DNA of 64,000 bases from an uncultured Bacteroidales bacterium (GCA_963768805.1 CAVYJI010000012.1:3305-67304); one strand, 5' to 3'; positions 20,034 to 29,263 are shown, counted from the stretch's first letter. Notes: generated from the letters alone by a model not told the origin. Numbers and translations are program-made.

Positions 20034-20168
20034 TGAATCCCAGGGCAAGCCCTGGACCATAATTCGCCCCAAGGGTCGGGGTATTCTACCCTCCGACTTC
20101 ATCGGGATTGTTCAACTATGAGTTTTAATCCACTATGTTCTTAAAATTGTAGTTTCACGAATAAAAAA
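20034..20168 (+). repeat. Dispersed structured element, copy A (candidate ncRNA or miniature repeat)
   Basis: The 5' arm ATCACGGGTATGAAYCCCAGGGCAAGCCYTGGACC and the ~66-nt 3' arm TCGGGATTGTTCAACTAT...CACTATGTTCTTAAAATTG.AGTTTCACGAATAAAAA are near-identical to 48001-48166. The centre is a different hairpin in each copy. Confidence 0.8.
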
Positions 20169-20196
20169 CCCGGGAGAGGAATGAACCTCTCCCGGG
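20161..20196 (-). terminator. Intrinsic terminator (minus strand)
   Basis: Perfect 11-bp stem CCCGGGAGAGG/CCTCTCCCGGG (20169-20196) with a 6-nt loop. On the minus strand it is followed by TTTTTTAT. Confidence 0.6.
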
Positions 20197-20230
20197 TAAG
20201 CACAAAATGAAAAGCAGAAATTATAATAAA

Positions 20231-20260
20231 CCGGCACTATATAGTGCCAGGCGGTTTTTA
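20231..20260. terminator. Palindromic hairpin with flanking T/A runs (possible bidirectional terminator)
   Basis: CCGGCACTAT/ATAGTGCC(A)GG hairpin, followed on plus by CGGTTTTTA and preceded by an A-rich run. Confidence 0.4.
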
Positions 20261-20502
20261 TTGTTCACAAACCAATGTGCCACTTTCAGTAAGAACGACC
20301 CTTTCATGGAGCCGTAACTGGTTGATGTAAACAGCATATTTGATGCTGCTATCTGCAAGGGTATGTTTTTCGGCCATCTACATTATTACACACGAAGGAA
20401 GTGTTACCCTGATCAAAAATTTTAATATTTTCGACTTTTTTTATTATTCCTTGATCTTCAAGGGTACTAATAAAAAGGGGAACATTTCACTACACGCGAC
20501 CT

Positions 20503-22458
20503 TTACAACCCCTGGTCATCATTTTGTTCAAGTGAATCTGCTGGCAGAGGCTCGGTAGTCTTCAAGAAAAACTTCGCGGATCCTTTCAAAGTAAGATCCA
20601 GATCCATTTTATCATACTCCTCCTGGCTGATCTGGCCTTTATTCAGCATCTTACCTAAAAGTAGACGGGCAAAATCCTTTTCAGATTGATCAATATGTCC
20701 GGTTTTATCAAATGAATACATAAACCATTTTGGCTTTGGAATAATAGATGCCAGGAAGATCGATTCCTGCAAGTTCAGTTTCGAGGCATCCTTGCTGAAA
20801 TAAAAATGTGCAGCCTCATTGGCTCCATAGATATGTGGCCCCAGTTCGATGATATTAAGATAGACCTCAAACATCCGATCTTTCGTACAGAGCTCCTGGT
20901 TTTCAATCAGCCAAACCAGCAGGATCTCTTCAAGTTTCCTGGCAATTGTCTTGTTGCGATTCAGAAAAACATTCTTCACCAGCTGCATTGTGATGGTACT
21001 TCCTCCCCTGGCAAACCTCCTTTCCTTGATATCCTGGATGATGGATTCCCTAAACGCATCAGAGATAAAACCCCTGTGCTGGTAAAAGCCCGGATCTTCA
21101 GAATTCAGTACTGATATCTGCAGGTAAGGAGAAATCTTTTTCAATGGCCTGAATTCAGGGTTTTCCGGACCTACAATGAAACTTCTTTCCGGCTGTCCTT
21201 TTTCATAAGCTGTATATTCAAAAGGTTCATTCAGCCTGGTGAGGTCAGCATCGCCATAAGAAATCACATTGAACCGGTTTCGTTTCATGTAAGACGAGAA
21301 TCGCAGTGAATCCGGAATCGATAAATCGACAAAAAAATCAAGGCTGAATGAAAGATGACCATTTACTTTGATACCTTTAAAGGTTGAGAACAACCCTTCC
21401 GGCAGGGAAGAGAAAAGCTCTTCAGCCTGGAAATCCCTTTTTACGATGGAAAATGTGATCTGTTTCGTGGGTTTTGGACGGTAACGAAGATAAGGATGAA
21501 AGCTCAGGAGGTTAAAGAATACCTGGGTTGAACTGTCCATTTCAAAATAATCTGATCCAACATTAACAGCATATTCCAAACCCAGGCGGTCAAATTCGAC
21601 CTTTTTCGCTGATATCCTCTCCTGTTGAATTTCCAAGCCTCTAATTACAGAAATTCCCCGGTAATGAAAAAGATCATCTCCTTTGTCCTCCTCCCATAGC
21701 CTGAAAGTCAAAGTATCGAAGGCAACGGATGCTTTATAGTTGAACCCGATGAATGGAACAGAGAGTTTTTCCCGATCAGGGGAATAAAGCAGGAAACCTA
21801 CGCTGTGATTTTGCTTGTCGAGATTTCCTGCAATGATCCAGTTCTTTATTGTATCCCCTTCCGTCACACTTGCAAGGGTATGAAAAGCATTATGGTCGAC
21901 CACGAACCGGTCAATATGAAAAGAGGCCTGATGACCGTTTTTCCGATGTGATATAGTAAAATCATTAATTTTAACAGTGGCAGGGATCTTCTCAAAGACA
22001 GCCGAAGCTAACCGTGACAAGGTCGCAGCATAGTTTCTCTTTTCTAAGGTAACCGCGTTGCTTTTCTGTTTCACTCTCCGTAGTAAAAACCGGAAATTGT
22101 CATTGGTATCAACCTGTACCAGGCTAAGGCATGTTTTACTTAGTTCCAGGTTGAGAACGATGATACGGCCAAATATCATCCTGGGGAAATTCAGTGAAGC
22201 ATAGGCTGTATCAATGATCAGGAGGGTATCACCGTTCTCAGGTTTCAGACTGATCCCTGTAAATCGTAAAGTGCTGATGTTGCTAATCCTTGCTTTTTTA
22301 ACCGTAAGTGTTGCGTGATACTCCTTATTAAAACGGTCTATCTTACGAGTGATGTATAATGAGAACAGCACATTCCTGAGCAGAAAGGACAGAAGTACCA
22401 AGCCGGCCACTATTCCTGCCATGTACTTCAGAACAATTTTAAGCGTTTCCCGATTCAT
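20503..22458 (-). CDS. GT51 peptidoglycan glycosyltransferase domain protein with a large uncharacterised N-terminal region
   Basis: 651 aa with an N-terminal TM. The C-terminal ~200 aa carry GT51 motifs (EDPGFYQHRGF, RGGSTITMQLVKN, RKLEE). The ATG overlaps the CPBP stop (ATGA). Confidence 0.87.
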   Translation of the reverse strand: MNRETLKIVLKYMAGIVAGLVLLSFLLRNVLFSLYITRKIDRFNKEYHATLTVKKARISNISTLRFTGISLKPENGDTLLIIDTAYASLNFPRMIFGRIIVLNLELSKTCLSLVQVDTNDNFRFLLRRVKQKSNAVTLEKRNYAATLSRLASAVFEKIPATVKINDFTISHRKNGHQASFHIDRFVVDHNAFHTLASVTEGDTIKNWIIAGNLDKQNHSVGFLLYSPDREKLSVPFIGFNYKASVAFDTLTFRLWEEDKGDDLFHYRGISVIRGLEIQQERISAKKVEFDRLGLEYAVNVGSDYFEMDSSTQVFFNLLSFHPYLRYRPKPTKQITFSIVKRDFQAEELFSSLPEGLFSTFKGIKVNGHLSFSLDFFVDLSIPDSLRFSSYMKRNRFNVISYGDADLTRLNEPFEYTAYEKGQPERSFIVGPENPEFRPLKKISPYLQISVLNSEDPGFYQHRGFISDAFRESIIQDIKERRFARGGSTITMQLVKNVFLNRNKTIARKLEEILLVWLIENQELCTKDRMFEVYLNIIELGPHIYGANEAAHFYFSKDASKLNLQESIFLASIIPKPKWFMYSFDKTGHIDQSEKDFARLLLGKMLNKGQISQEEYDKMDLDLTLKGSAKFFLKTTEPLPADSLEQNDDQGL

Positions 22459-23405
22459 TGCTCGATATTCCGGGTTCTCCTCTTGTTAATGATAAAAATG
22501 TTATACAACAGCGTCATGGTTAAGACCACACTCCCTGTGATCAGGAAAACATTATCTGAGGAACCAAATTTCTCATAGTCAGTATGAATGGTACCTGTGT
22601 TAGAGAGATAGGAAATGAGGACTGCCGAACCGTTATTGATAAAATGTGCGAACACCGGAGCCCAAAGTGTGCCGGTCCACAGGTAAAGATAGCCGAACAT
22701 CACTCCCAGCATCATCCTGGGAAGCAGGCCGTAAAACTGAAGATGGACAGCACCAAACAGGAATGCTGTCACGATAATGGAAACATGAAAGTTTTTAAAC
22801 CATTCCCCCAGCAGGCGTTGCAACAATCCGCGGAACATCATCTCTTCTCCGATGGCAGGAATGATGGCAATCATCAGCATATTTACTGAAAATCCACCTA
22901 TGGAATGAACATCCAGGAATTTCTCTGTGATCTGTGCAGCCTGGTCCTCTGTTTCTTTCATCCATTTTTCCATCCCCCTGAAAGCTGCCGGAAGTTTCAT
23001 CATCTCATTAAGTGACACCAGTCCGTTAATCAGGGGAAGGCTGACCATCATGATTAAGAAGATGATCGTAAGCATCATCCCCGAAGGGATCTTATTCATG
23101 CCAAAATATCCTAATGAACTCCGTTCAAACAGAGCTCCCGAAATCAGTGCAGGAACGATGAAAAGGAACACCGATTGAAGGATCTGAATCTCTTTCAGAA
23201 GCGGAAGTGTGGAAGGATCATTTGCATTAGAAAGAAGGAAAATAGCTTTTGTCATATCCGCATGGTATTGGATCATGGTCAGAAACAAGCTACCCATCAC
23301 AGCAATGATCAGTCCCAGTATTATCAGCATGAGAACGAAGATGATCTTTGTAAATGGAGGGAGATACGACAGCCAGGCTTTTTTCATGAGGACTTTTGAA
23401 TTCAT
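22455..23405 (-). CDS. CPBP-family (CAAX/Abi) intramembrane metalloprotease
   Basis: 316 aa, polytopic, with motifs EEMMFRG, FGAVH and HFINN. An alternative ATG lies at 23387. Confidence 0.87.
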   Translation of the reverse strand: MNSKVLMKKAWLSYLPPFTKIIFVLMLIILGLIIAVMGSLFLTMIQYHADMTKAIFLLSNANDPSTLPLLKEIQILQSVFLFIVPALISGALFERSSLGYFGMNKIPSGMMLTIIFLIMMVSLPLINGLVSLNEMMKLPAAFRGMEKWMKETEDQAAQITEKFLDVHSIGGFSVNMLMIAIIPAIGEEMMFRGLLQRLLGEWFKNFHVSIIVTAFLFGAVHLQFYGLLPRMMLGVMFGYLYLWTGTLWAPVFAHFINNGSAVLISYLSNTGTIHTDYEKFGSSDNVFLITGSVVLTMTLLYNIFIINKRRTRNIEQ

Positions 23406-23431
23406 TACATTTGCTGCAAAAGTACTGCTTT

Positions 23432-24403
23432 TTGGTCAAGTTAGGCAACATCGAACTCGGGGAATGTCCGCTAATCATGGCTCCCATGGAAGATATCACG
23501 GATATGCCATTCAGGTCTCTTTGTAAGGAATTCGGAGCTGATCTCCTCATTACCGAATTTGTTTCTTCGGAAGCCCTGATCCGAGAAGCTGAAAAGAGTA
23601 CAATTAAGATGAAATTCGGGGAGGATGAACGCCCTATCGGGATCCAGATCTTTGGCGAATCGGTTGAAAGCATGCGGAAAGCAGCTATTATCGCAGAAAC
23701 TTTCCAACCCGATTTTATCGATCTGAATTTTGGATGCCCGGTTAAAAAAGTCATCGTCAGGGGAGGTGGTGCAGCTCTGTTGAATGATCTTCCAAAAATG
23801 ACAGCAATGACAAAAGTGGTGGTCAATGCAGTCAAGATCCCGGTTACAGCCAAAACCCGCCTGGGGTGGGATGATGCAACCCGGAATATCCTTGAGATCG
23901 CCGAGCATTTGCAGGATGCAGGGATCCAAGCCATAAGTATCCATGGCCGTACGCGTGCGCAACTTTATGGTGGCCGGGCTGACTGGACGCTGATCGGAAA
24001 AGTGAAAGAGAATCCCCGCATTCATATTCCTGTCTTTGGTAATGGGGATATAACGGGAGCAGTAGTCGCCAAAGAAATGAAGGACCGTTATGGGGTTGAT
24101 GGATTAATGATCGGCCGGGCAGCTGTTGGAAATCCATGGATATTCAAGGAATGTAAAGCATATCTGTCAAAAGGAGAACTGATCCCTCCCTCTGTTTTAA
24201 AGGAACGGTTGGAGGTCCTAAAGACCCATCTGCGGCGATCCATTGGATATAAAGGTGAAAAGAGAACAATCCTGGAGATGAGGAAATTCTACAGTGGTTA
24301 TTTCAGGGGTATTCCTGATTTTAAAAGGTACCGTATGATACTGATGACGCTGGAGAAGATGGACCAGGTATTTGAGTTGATTGACAGGATTGCCGGCCAT
24401 TAA
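23432..24403 (+). CDS. dusB: tRNA dihydrouridine synthase (DusB-like)
   Basis: ORF 23396..24403 has a TTG start that would overlap the divergent CPBP start. The in-frame TTG at 23432 gives (M)VKLGNIELGECPLIMAPMEDITD, the usual Dus N-terminus. The ATG at 23477 is also possible. FMN/TIM-barrel blocks are present (GCP, HGRTR). Confidence 0.88.
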   Translation: MVKLGNIELGECPLIMAPMEDITDMPFRSLCKEFGADLLITEFVSSEALIREAEKSTIKMKFGEDERPIGIQIFGESVESMRKAAIIAETFQPDFIDLNFGCPVKKVIVRGGGAALLNDLPKMTAMTKVVVNAVKIPVTAKTRLGWDDATRNILEIAEHLQDAGIQAISIHGRTRAQLYGGRADWTLIGKVKENPRIHIPVFGNGDITGAVVAKEMKDRYGVDGLMIGRAAVGNPWIFKECKAYLSKGELIPPSVLKERLEVLKTHLRRSIGYKGEKRTILEMRKFYSGYFRGIPDFKRYRMILMTLEKMDQVFELIDRIAGH

Positions 24404-24414
24404 TGATCACCGGT

Positions 24415-25116
24415 TCAGAATTTCTGTTCCACAAGTTCCCTCAGGCGCCTGAAAGCTGCCGATTCGCTTTCCCATAAATTTTTAACCCTAAGAAGATCCA
24501 GGTATTCAAGGGCCTGCCTGGGTTCAGCAAAGCCATTTAATGTTTCGATAGTAATGTTGTATTCCCTGAGGTTCCCGTCAAACAACTCATTAATAAAAAG
24601 AAATTTTTCATTGATGGTAATAGTGGCTTTCAATTCCTTCCGTTGTGATGATAGCCGCTCTGATGCATAGTTTTTCTCGCGGACATTCTTTAATTTCTCA
24701 GAGAATTCAACACTCTCAGTGGTAAAAAGATCGATCTCAGGTATGTCTTGTTCCTGTTTATAATGCTCCTTTTGAATTGGTCCTGGTGGTTCCAGATCAA
24801 CTTTGATCTTAACCGCTGGTCGTGCTGGTTTTTTAATCTCAGGTTCCGGAGTTTGTTCCCTTTCAATTTCTGCAGGTCTGAATGGTTTTATCTCCGGAGG
24901 TTCTCTAATAGGTGCAACGTTATGCCGGAAAGAGTCACCCTGCCGATTGAGCATATGAAGGTTCTCATAAAGTTTCCTGATGTTCTCCATAATAATATCA
25001 AATTCAATCTGGGGGATTTTATCTTCATAGGCATTTATCGCCTCAAATTGTTCTGCAATGGCTTCGAGCAGCCACCGGATCTCTTCCCTGAGGATAGTCT
25101 TGTTCAATTGATTCAT
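24415..25116 (-). CDS. Hypothetical protein with central Pro/Glu-rich linker
   Basis: ORF 24415..25128 has a TTG first codon, and an ATG at 25116 gives MNQLNKTIL. It has helical ends and a PE-rich middle. I recognise no family. Confidence 0.65.
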   Translation of the reverse strand: MNQLNKTILREEIRWLLEAIAEQFEAINAYEDKIPQIEFDIIMENIRKLYENLHMLNRQGDSFRHNVAPIREPPEIKPFRPAEIEREQTPEPEIKKPARPAVKIKVDLEPPGPIQKEHYKQEQDIPEIDLFTTESVEFSEKLKNVREKNYASERLSSQRKELKATITINEKFLFINELFDGNLREYNITIETLNGFAEPRQALEYLDLLRVKNLWESESAAFRRLRELVEQKF

Positions 25117-25141
25117 AATGGATGACAAATCTTATTTTTCT

Positions 25142-25149
25142 TATTTTTG
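25142..25149 (+). promoter_or_regulatory. -7 promoter box (TATTTTTG) upstream of tdk
   Basis: Exact TAnnTTTG, 45 nt upstream of the ATG at 25194. Confidence 0.4.
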
Positions 25150-25193
25150 TGGTGAATTGAGCCATAAAGATAAATAACTTTTTCCCGGTACCC

Positions 25194-25778
25194 ATGCTTA
25201 TCGAAAAAAACATTCCGTCTCGTGCCGGTTGGATCGAAGTGATCTGCGGACCGATGTTCTCAGGGAAGACCGAAGAGCTGATCCGTCGCCTCAACAGGGC
25301 AAGGATCGCAAAGCAAAAAGTCGAGATCTTTAAACCGGCGAGGGATGAAAGATATAGCGAAGTTCAGATCGTAACCCATGACGCACATGCTATTTCGTCT
25401 ACGCCTGTCCAATCTGCTTCCCAGATATTACTCATGATAAATGATGTCAATGTTGTTGGCATCGATGAAGCCCAGTTCTTCGATTCAGAGATTACATCCG
25501 TTTGCAATGTCATGGCCAACAACGGCATCAGGATACTGGTCGCTGGTCTTGACCTGGATTACCTGGGAATGCCTTTTGGTCCGATGCCTTCACTCATTGC
25601 CAGCGCTGAATATGTCACAAAACTGCATGCCATCTGCATGAACTGCGGGGACCTGGCACATTATTCCTATCGTATCGTAAAAAATGAGCAGCAGGTTCTG
25701 CTTGGTGATAAAGAGGCTTATGAACCCCTTTGCAGAAAATGCTTTATAGAAAGGCATAAAAACCATCATTCTCAATGA
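25194..25778 (+). CDS. tdk: Thymidine kinase
   Basis: 194 aa with P-loop [14 protein letters not shown] and C-terminal zinc-ribbon cysteines (CMNCG ... CRKC). Confidence 0.95.
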   Translation: MLIEKNIPSRAGWIEVICGPMFSGKTEELIRRLNRARIAKQKVEIFKPARDERYSEVQIVTHDAHAISSTPVQSASQILLMINDVNVVGIDEAQFFDSEITSVCNVMANNGIRILVAGLDLDYLGMPFGPMPSLIASAEYVTKLHAICMNCGDLAHYSYRIVKNEQQVLLGDKEAYEPLCRKCFIERHKNHHSQ

Positions 25779-25837
25779 TTCCTGATGAATATTTTTCTTT
25801 AAATTTGTCCGATAAATAATAACTAAAATTTTTAACC

Positions 25838-26425
25838 ATGAAAAAAATAGCATTTTTTTCTTTTATTCTTCTTTTTATGATGAACGTCGCAGGTAATGCC
25901 CAGGGTGGAGGAACTCCCCAGAAACAGGTAAAATTCGTGATCCATACTGAATTTGGGGACATGAAAGGCATTCTTTACAATGAAACCCCAAAACATCGCG
26001 ATAATTTCGTGAAACTGGCAAATTCAGGATTTTACAATGGACTGCTCTTTCACCGTGTGATCATGGGATTTATGATCCAGGGTGGTGATCCATTATCAAA
26101 AACAGCAAAGGCTGGTCAAAGACTGGGTGGAGGTGATCCAGGGTATACGATTCCTGCTGAATTCAATCCTTCCCTCAAACACAAAAGAGGCGCTCTTGCT
26201 GCTGCACGTACAGGCGATGAAGTGAATCCCACAAAAGCTTCTTCAGGCTCACAATTCTACATTGTACAGCCAGCAAATGGCACACATTTCCTTGACATGA
26301 ATTATACGGTGTTTGGTGAAATTACCGATGGGCTGGATGTCATCGATAAAATAGCTTCTGCACCAAAAGACGCAAACGATCGTCCCTTGAAGGATATAAA
26401 GATGACGGTTAAGATCGTTGAATAA
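25838..26425 (+). CDS. Cyclophilin-type peptidyl-prolyl isomerase, secreted
   Basis: 195 aa with a signal peptide and the motifs FHRVI.GFMIQGGDP and SQFYIV. Confidence 0.93.
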   Translation: MKKIAFFSFILLFMMNVAGNAQGGGTPQKQVKFVIHTEFGDMKGILYNETPKHRDNFVKLANSGFYNGLLFHRVIMGFMIQGGDPLSKTAKAGQRLGGGDPGYTIPAEFNPSLKHKRGALAAARTGDEVNPTKASSGSQFYIVQPANGTHFLDMNYTVFGEITDGLDVIDKIASAPKDANDRPLKDIKMTVKIVE

Positions 26426-26436
26426 AGTTTTCTTTA

Positions 26437-27462
26437 ATGTTAGATAAGATTAAAGAATTGACCCGGGAAGTTCAGGATTCTCCGATCCTCAATGCGGAGG
26501 ATCTTGAACAGTTCCGGATTCATTACCAGGGCCGTAAAGGGATCCTTGCAGGTCTGTTCGAGGAATTTAAGACCATTCCTCCTGCACAAAAAAAAGAGAC
26601 AGGCAAAATACTGAATGATCTTAAACTGGTTATCCAGGAAAAGATCGACAGCTGTTCTTTGAAATTCAAGTCCATCCAAGAAGCTTCAACAGCTGATCTC
26701 GACCTCACACGTCCTGTCAACTACATGGATCCTGGCTCCAGGCATCCGCTGTCAATTGTCAGGAACCAGATCATCGAGATCTTTTCCCGTATAGGATATA
26801 CCGTTGCCGAGGACAGGGAGATTGAAGATGACTGGCACAATTTTACAGCCCTTAATTTCCCTGAGGAGCATCCTGCACGAGACATGCAGGATACTTTCTT
26901 CATAGAGAAGGATCCTGATATCGCCTTGCGCACTCATACCTCATCAGTGCAAATCCGAGTTATGGAGAAGACAAAACCTCCTATCCGCAGCATCTTCCCA
27001 GGGAGGGTGTTCCGCAATGAAGTCATTTCTGCCAGGGCTCATTGCATCTTCCACCAGGTGGAAGGATTATATGTGGATAAAGATGTCTCCTTCAAGGATC
27101 TCAAGCAAACCCTTATTTATTTTGCAAAAGAAATGTTCGGAGAAGCTACCCAGATCCGGTTGCGACCTTCCTATTTCCCTTTCACTGAACCATCAGGAGA
27201 AATGGATGTTTCCTGTAATATTTGCGGTGGAAAGGGTTGTAATATTTGCAAATATACCGGTTGGGTGGAAATTCTTGGCTTTGGTATGGTTGATCCAGCT
27301 GTTCTGGAAAATTGTAAAATTGATAGTGAAATTTATACCGGATTCGCCTTCGGGATGGGTATTGAACGCGTCACCATGCTGAAATACCAAATCAAAGACG
27401 TTCGTTTATTCTTCGAAAATGACCTCCGTTTCCTTAATCAATTCAAAGGTCTCTATCAATAA
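26437..27462 (+). CDS. pheS: Phenylalanine--tRNA ligase alpha subunit
   Basis: 341 aa with class II aaRS motifs (HPARDMQDTF, FRNE, GFAFGMGIERV). Confidence 0.97.
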   Translation: MLDKIKELTREVQDSPILNAEDLEQFRIHYQGRKGILAGLFEEFKTIPPAQKKETGKILNDLKLVIQEKIDSCSLKFKSIQEASTADLDLTRPVNYMDPGSRHPLSIVRNQIIEIFSRIGYTVAEDREIEDDWHNFTALNFPEEHPARDMQDTFFIEKDPDIALRTHTSSVQIRVMEKTKPPIRSIFPGRVFRNEVISARAHCIFHQVEGLYVDKDVSFKDLKQTLIYFAKEMFGEATQIRLRPSYFPFTEPSGEMDVSCNICGGKGCNICKYTGWVEILGFGMVDPAVLENCKIDSEIYTGFAFGMGIERVTMLKYQIKDVRLFFENDLRFLNQFKGLYQ

Positions 27463-27512
27463 CAGATCTTACGAGGCACTCATCTTTCAGTCAACTTCTC
27501 ACCGCTCATCAT

Positions 27513-29162
27513 TTAAAACCGGTTTCTCCTGAACAATCTAACCAGCAGCAGGAACCCGAAGATCCCTGCCAGGAAAAAGATAATGGTCCCTATCCAGCGT
27601 GTCTGAGACCATTGTGATATGATGGAAGCGCCGATGATCAGTGCAGCAATCACGATGGCAATGGAGACGCGGTTACTTGCCTGATCGATTTGTTCTGTCA
27701 CAGGTTCAAATCCTTTGAGCTCGATCATGGTTTTAAACCGGCCTTCCTTTATCTTATGAATGATCTCATTCAGATCGGAAGGTAATTCCATGATCAGTTT
27801 ATAGTATTCCCTGATGGATTCGAAGACTTCCCCGGCTAATTTTTTCGGATTGTATTGCTGCTTTATCAGTTCGATGGCATAAGGTTTCATTTCGTTAGCA
27901 AAATCAATCTCAGGATACAATGTAACTGCCACTCTTTCGATAGTAATCAGAGATTTAACAAGAAGATAGATACCAGGAGGGATTCTTAAGCCATATCCGA
28001 CAATGATATCAAGGGATTCATTCATCACCTTTCCAAAATCCATTTCTTCTACGGTAAGATATTTATAATGTGCGAGCATGTCGGCAATCTGGAATTCGAG
28101 GTCTTTGAACCGTCTGAAATTTCTCTTCCCGGATAATAACAGCAATGCTTCTGTAAGTTCATGAGCATCACGTCTGATATATCCCAGCACATATTTACCA
28201 AGGAATTGCAGATGTTCTGGCCGTATGGTTCCCATCATCCCATAATCGATGAAGGAGATGACATGCTTGTCTTTGATAAAAATGTTACCGGGATGAGGGT
28301 CAGCATGAAAAAATCCGTGTCTAAAGATCTGTTCAAATACCAGCCGCATTGCCTTTTTTGCAAGTTCGACCGGATCGCTGCCAGAAGCCAGCAATGACTC
28401 CATCTCACTCACTTTGACTCCTTCAATAAATTCCTCTACCAGGATCTTTCCGGTTGTAAACTCCTGAAATACTTTTGGGACATAAATATCCGGATCTCCT
28501 TCAAAGCAATGGCTAAACCTGATGACATTGGCTGCTTCATTGTGAAAATCCAATTCCTTGTTGATGGTCTTCCCGAACTCTTCAACTACGCCTACCACGT
28601 TGATCGCCTCCATTTCAGGATTATTCTTTTGTGACCGTACCGCGAAAAACCGCATCAAGTTCAGGTCGAGGTTGATCTTTTTGTCTATTCCAGGGCGCTG
28701 AACCTTCACACAAACGTTTTCTCCATTCAGCAAGGTCGCCCTGTAAGTCTGGGCAACCGATGCCGAGGCAAGGCGCTGATTATTAAAGTCCCTGAACAAT
28801 TCTGAAACAGGATGACCCAGGTTTTTTTCTATTTCAGCAATGGCCACGCTGTCGGGCATGGGTACTGCTTCATCCTGCAGCTTCCTTAATTCAACACGCA
28901 TCTCTTCAGGAACTATATCAGGACGGTCGGCCAGGAGTTGCCCGAATTTGATGAATGTTGGTCCCAATTCCTCCACTGCCATCCTGATCCTTTCCCATTT
29001 CGTGTATTTTTCAATACGGGCGAGGCGTTTCTTCGAAACCAGTAATTTGCCCAGGCCGTTTTTTGTGACCCAGTCGTTGAACCCATATTTAAAAGCGACT
29101 CCAATGATCTCCCTTGCACGTCCGATCTCACCTACCGTTGTCCCGATCTTTAAAACATTCAC
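27513..29162 (-). CDS. ABC1/UbiB-family atypical kinase
   Basis: 549 aa with a GTG start. It has ASASVAQTYRA (for the family's AS.AQVH block), HADPHPGN and two C-terminal TM helices. Confidence 0.9.
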   Translation of the reverse strand: MNVLKIGTTVGEIGRAREIIGVAFKYGFNDWVTKNGLGKLLVSKKRLARIEKYTKWERIRMAVEELGPTFIKFGQLLADRPDIVPEEMRVELRKLQDEAVPMPDSVAIAEIEKNLGHPVSELFRDFNNQRLASASVAQTYRATLLNGENVCVKVQRPGIDKKINLDLNLMRFFAVRSQKNNPEMEAINVVGVVEEFGKTINKELDFHNEAANVIRFSHCFEGDPDIYVPKVFQEFTTGKILVEEFIEGVKVSEMESLLASGSDPVELAKKAMRLVFEQIFRHGFFHADPHPGNIFIKDKHVISFIDYGMMGTIRPEHLQFLGKYVLGYIRRDAHELTEALLLLSGKRNFRRFKDLEFQIADMLAHYKYLTVEEMDFGKVMNESLDIIVGYGLRIPPGIYLLVKSLITIERVAVTLYPEIDFANEMKPYAIELIKQQYNPKKLAGEVFESIREYYKLIMELPSDLNEIIHKIKEGRFKTMIELKGFEPVTEQIDQASNRVSIAIVIAALIIGASIISQWSQTRWIGTIIFFLAGIFGFLLLVRLFRRNRF

Positions 29163-29263
29163 AGCATTTTGAGTTTAATATCATAACAAACTTGACGACA
29201 ATCACTAAAGGATTGGTCTTCCAAAACTTAATACAATACTCATTAAAAAAGGGTGGGGCTTTA

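Noticed and set aside
20258-20377. The 39-codon minus-strand ORF (MAEKHTLADSS...LVCEQ) as a real gene.
   Set aside because: It is too short, has no recognisable motif and has an in-frame stop immediately upstream. I keep it only as a possible relic in the findings and do not call it as a feature.
20340-20558. Tracked plus-strand ORF of 72 aa, overlapping the GT51 3' end.
   Set aside because: It starts with TTG, overlaps the convergent GT51 stop region and has a low-complexity, motif-free product.
23290-24137. Long antisense ORFs opposite dusB (23290..23934, 23471..24025, 23844..24137). There are similar antisense or shadow ORFs opposite nrdJ (8832..9230), AsmA (51556..52005), pgi (34846..35253), fabF (31681..32028), the BNR protein (46539..46889) and the ppiD-like gene (62582..63028).
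   Set aside because: Each lies entirely within a gene whose sense-strand product carries clear family motifs. The antisense products are compositionally odd (Ser/Arg/Pro/Cys-rich) and have no motifs.
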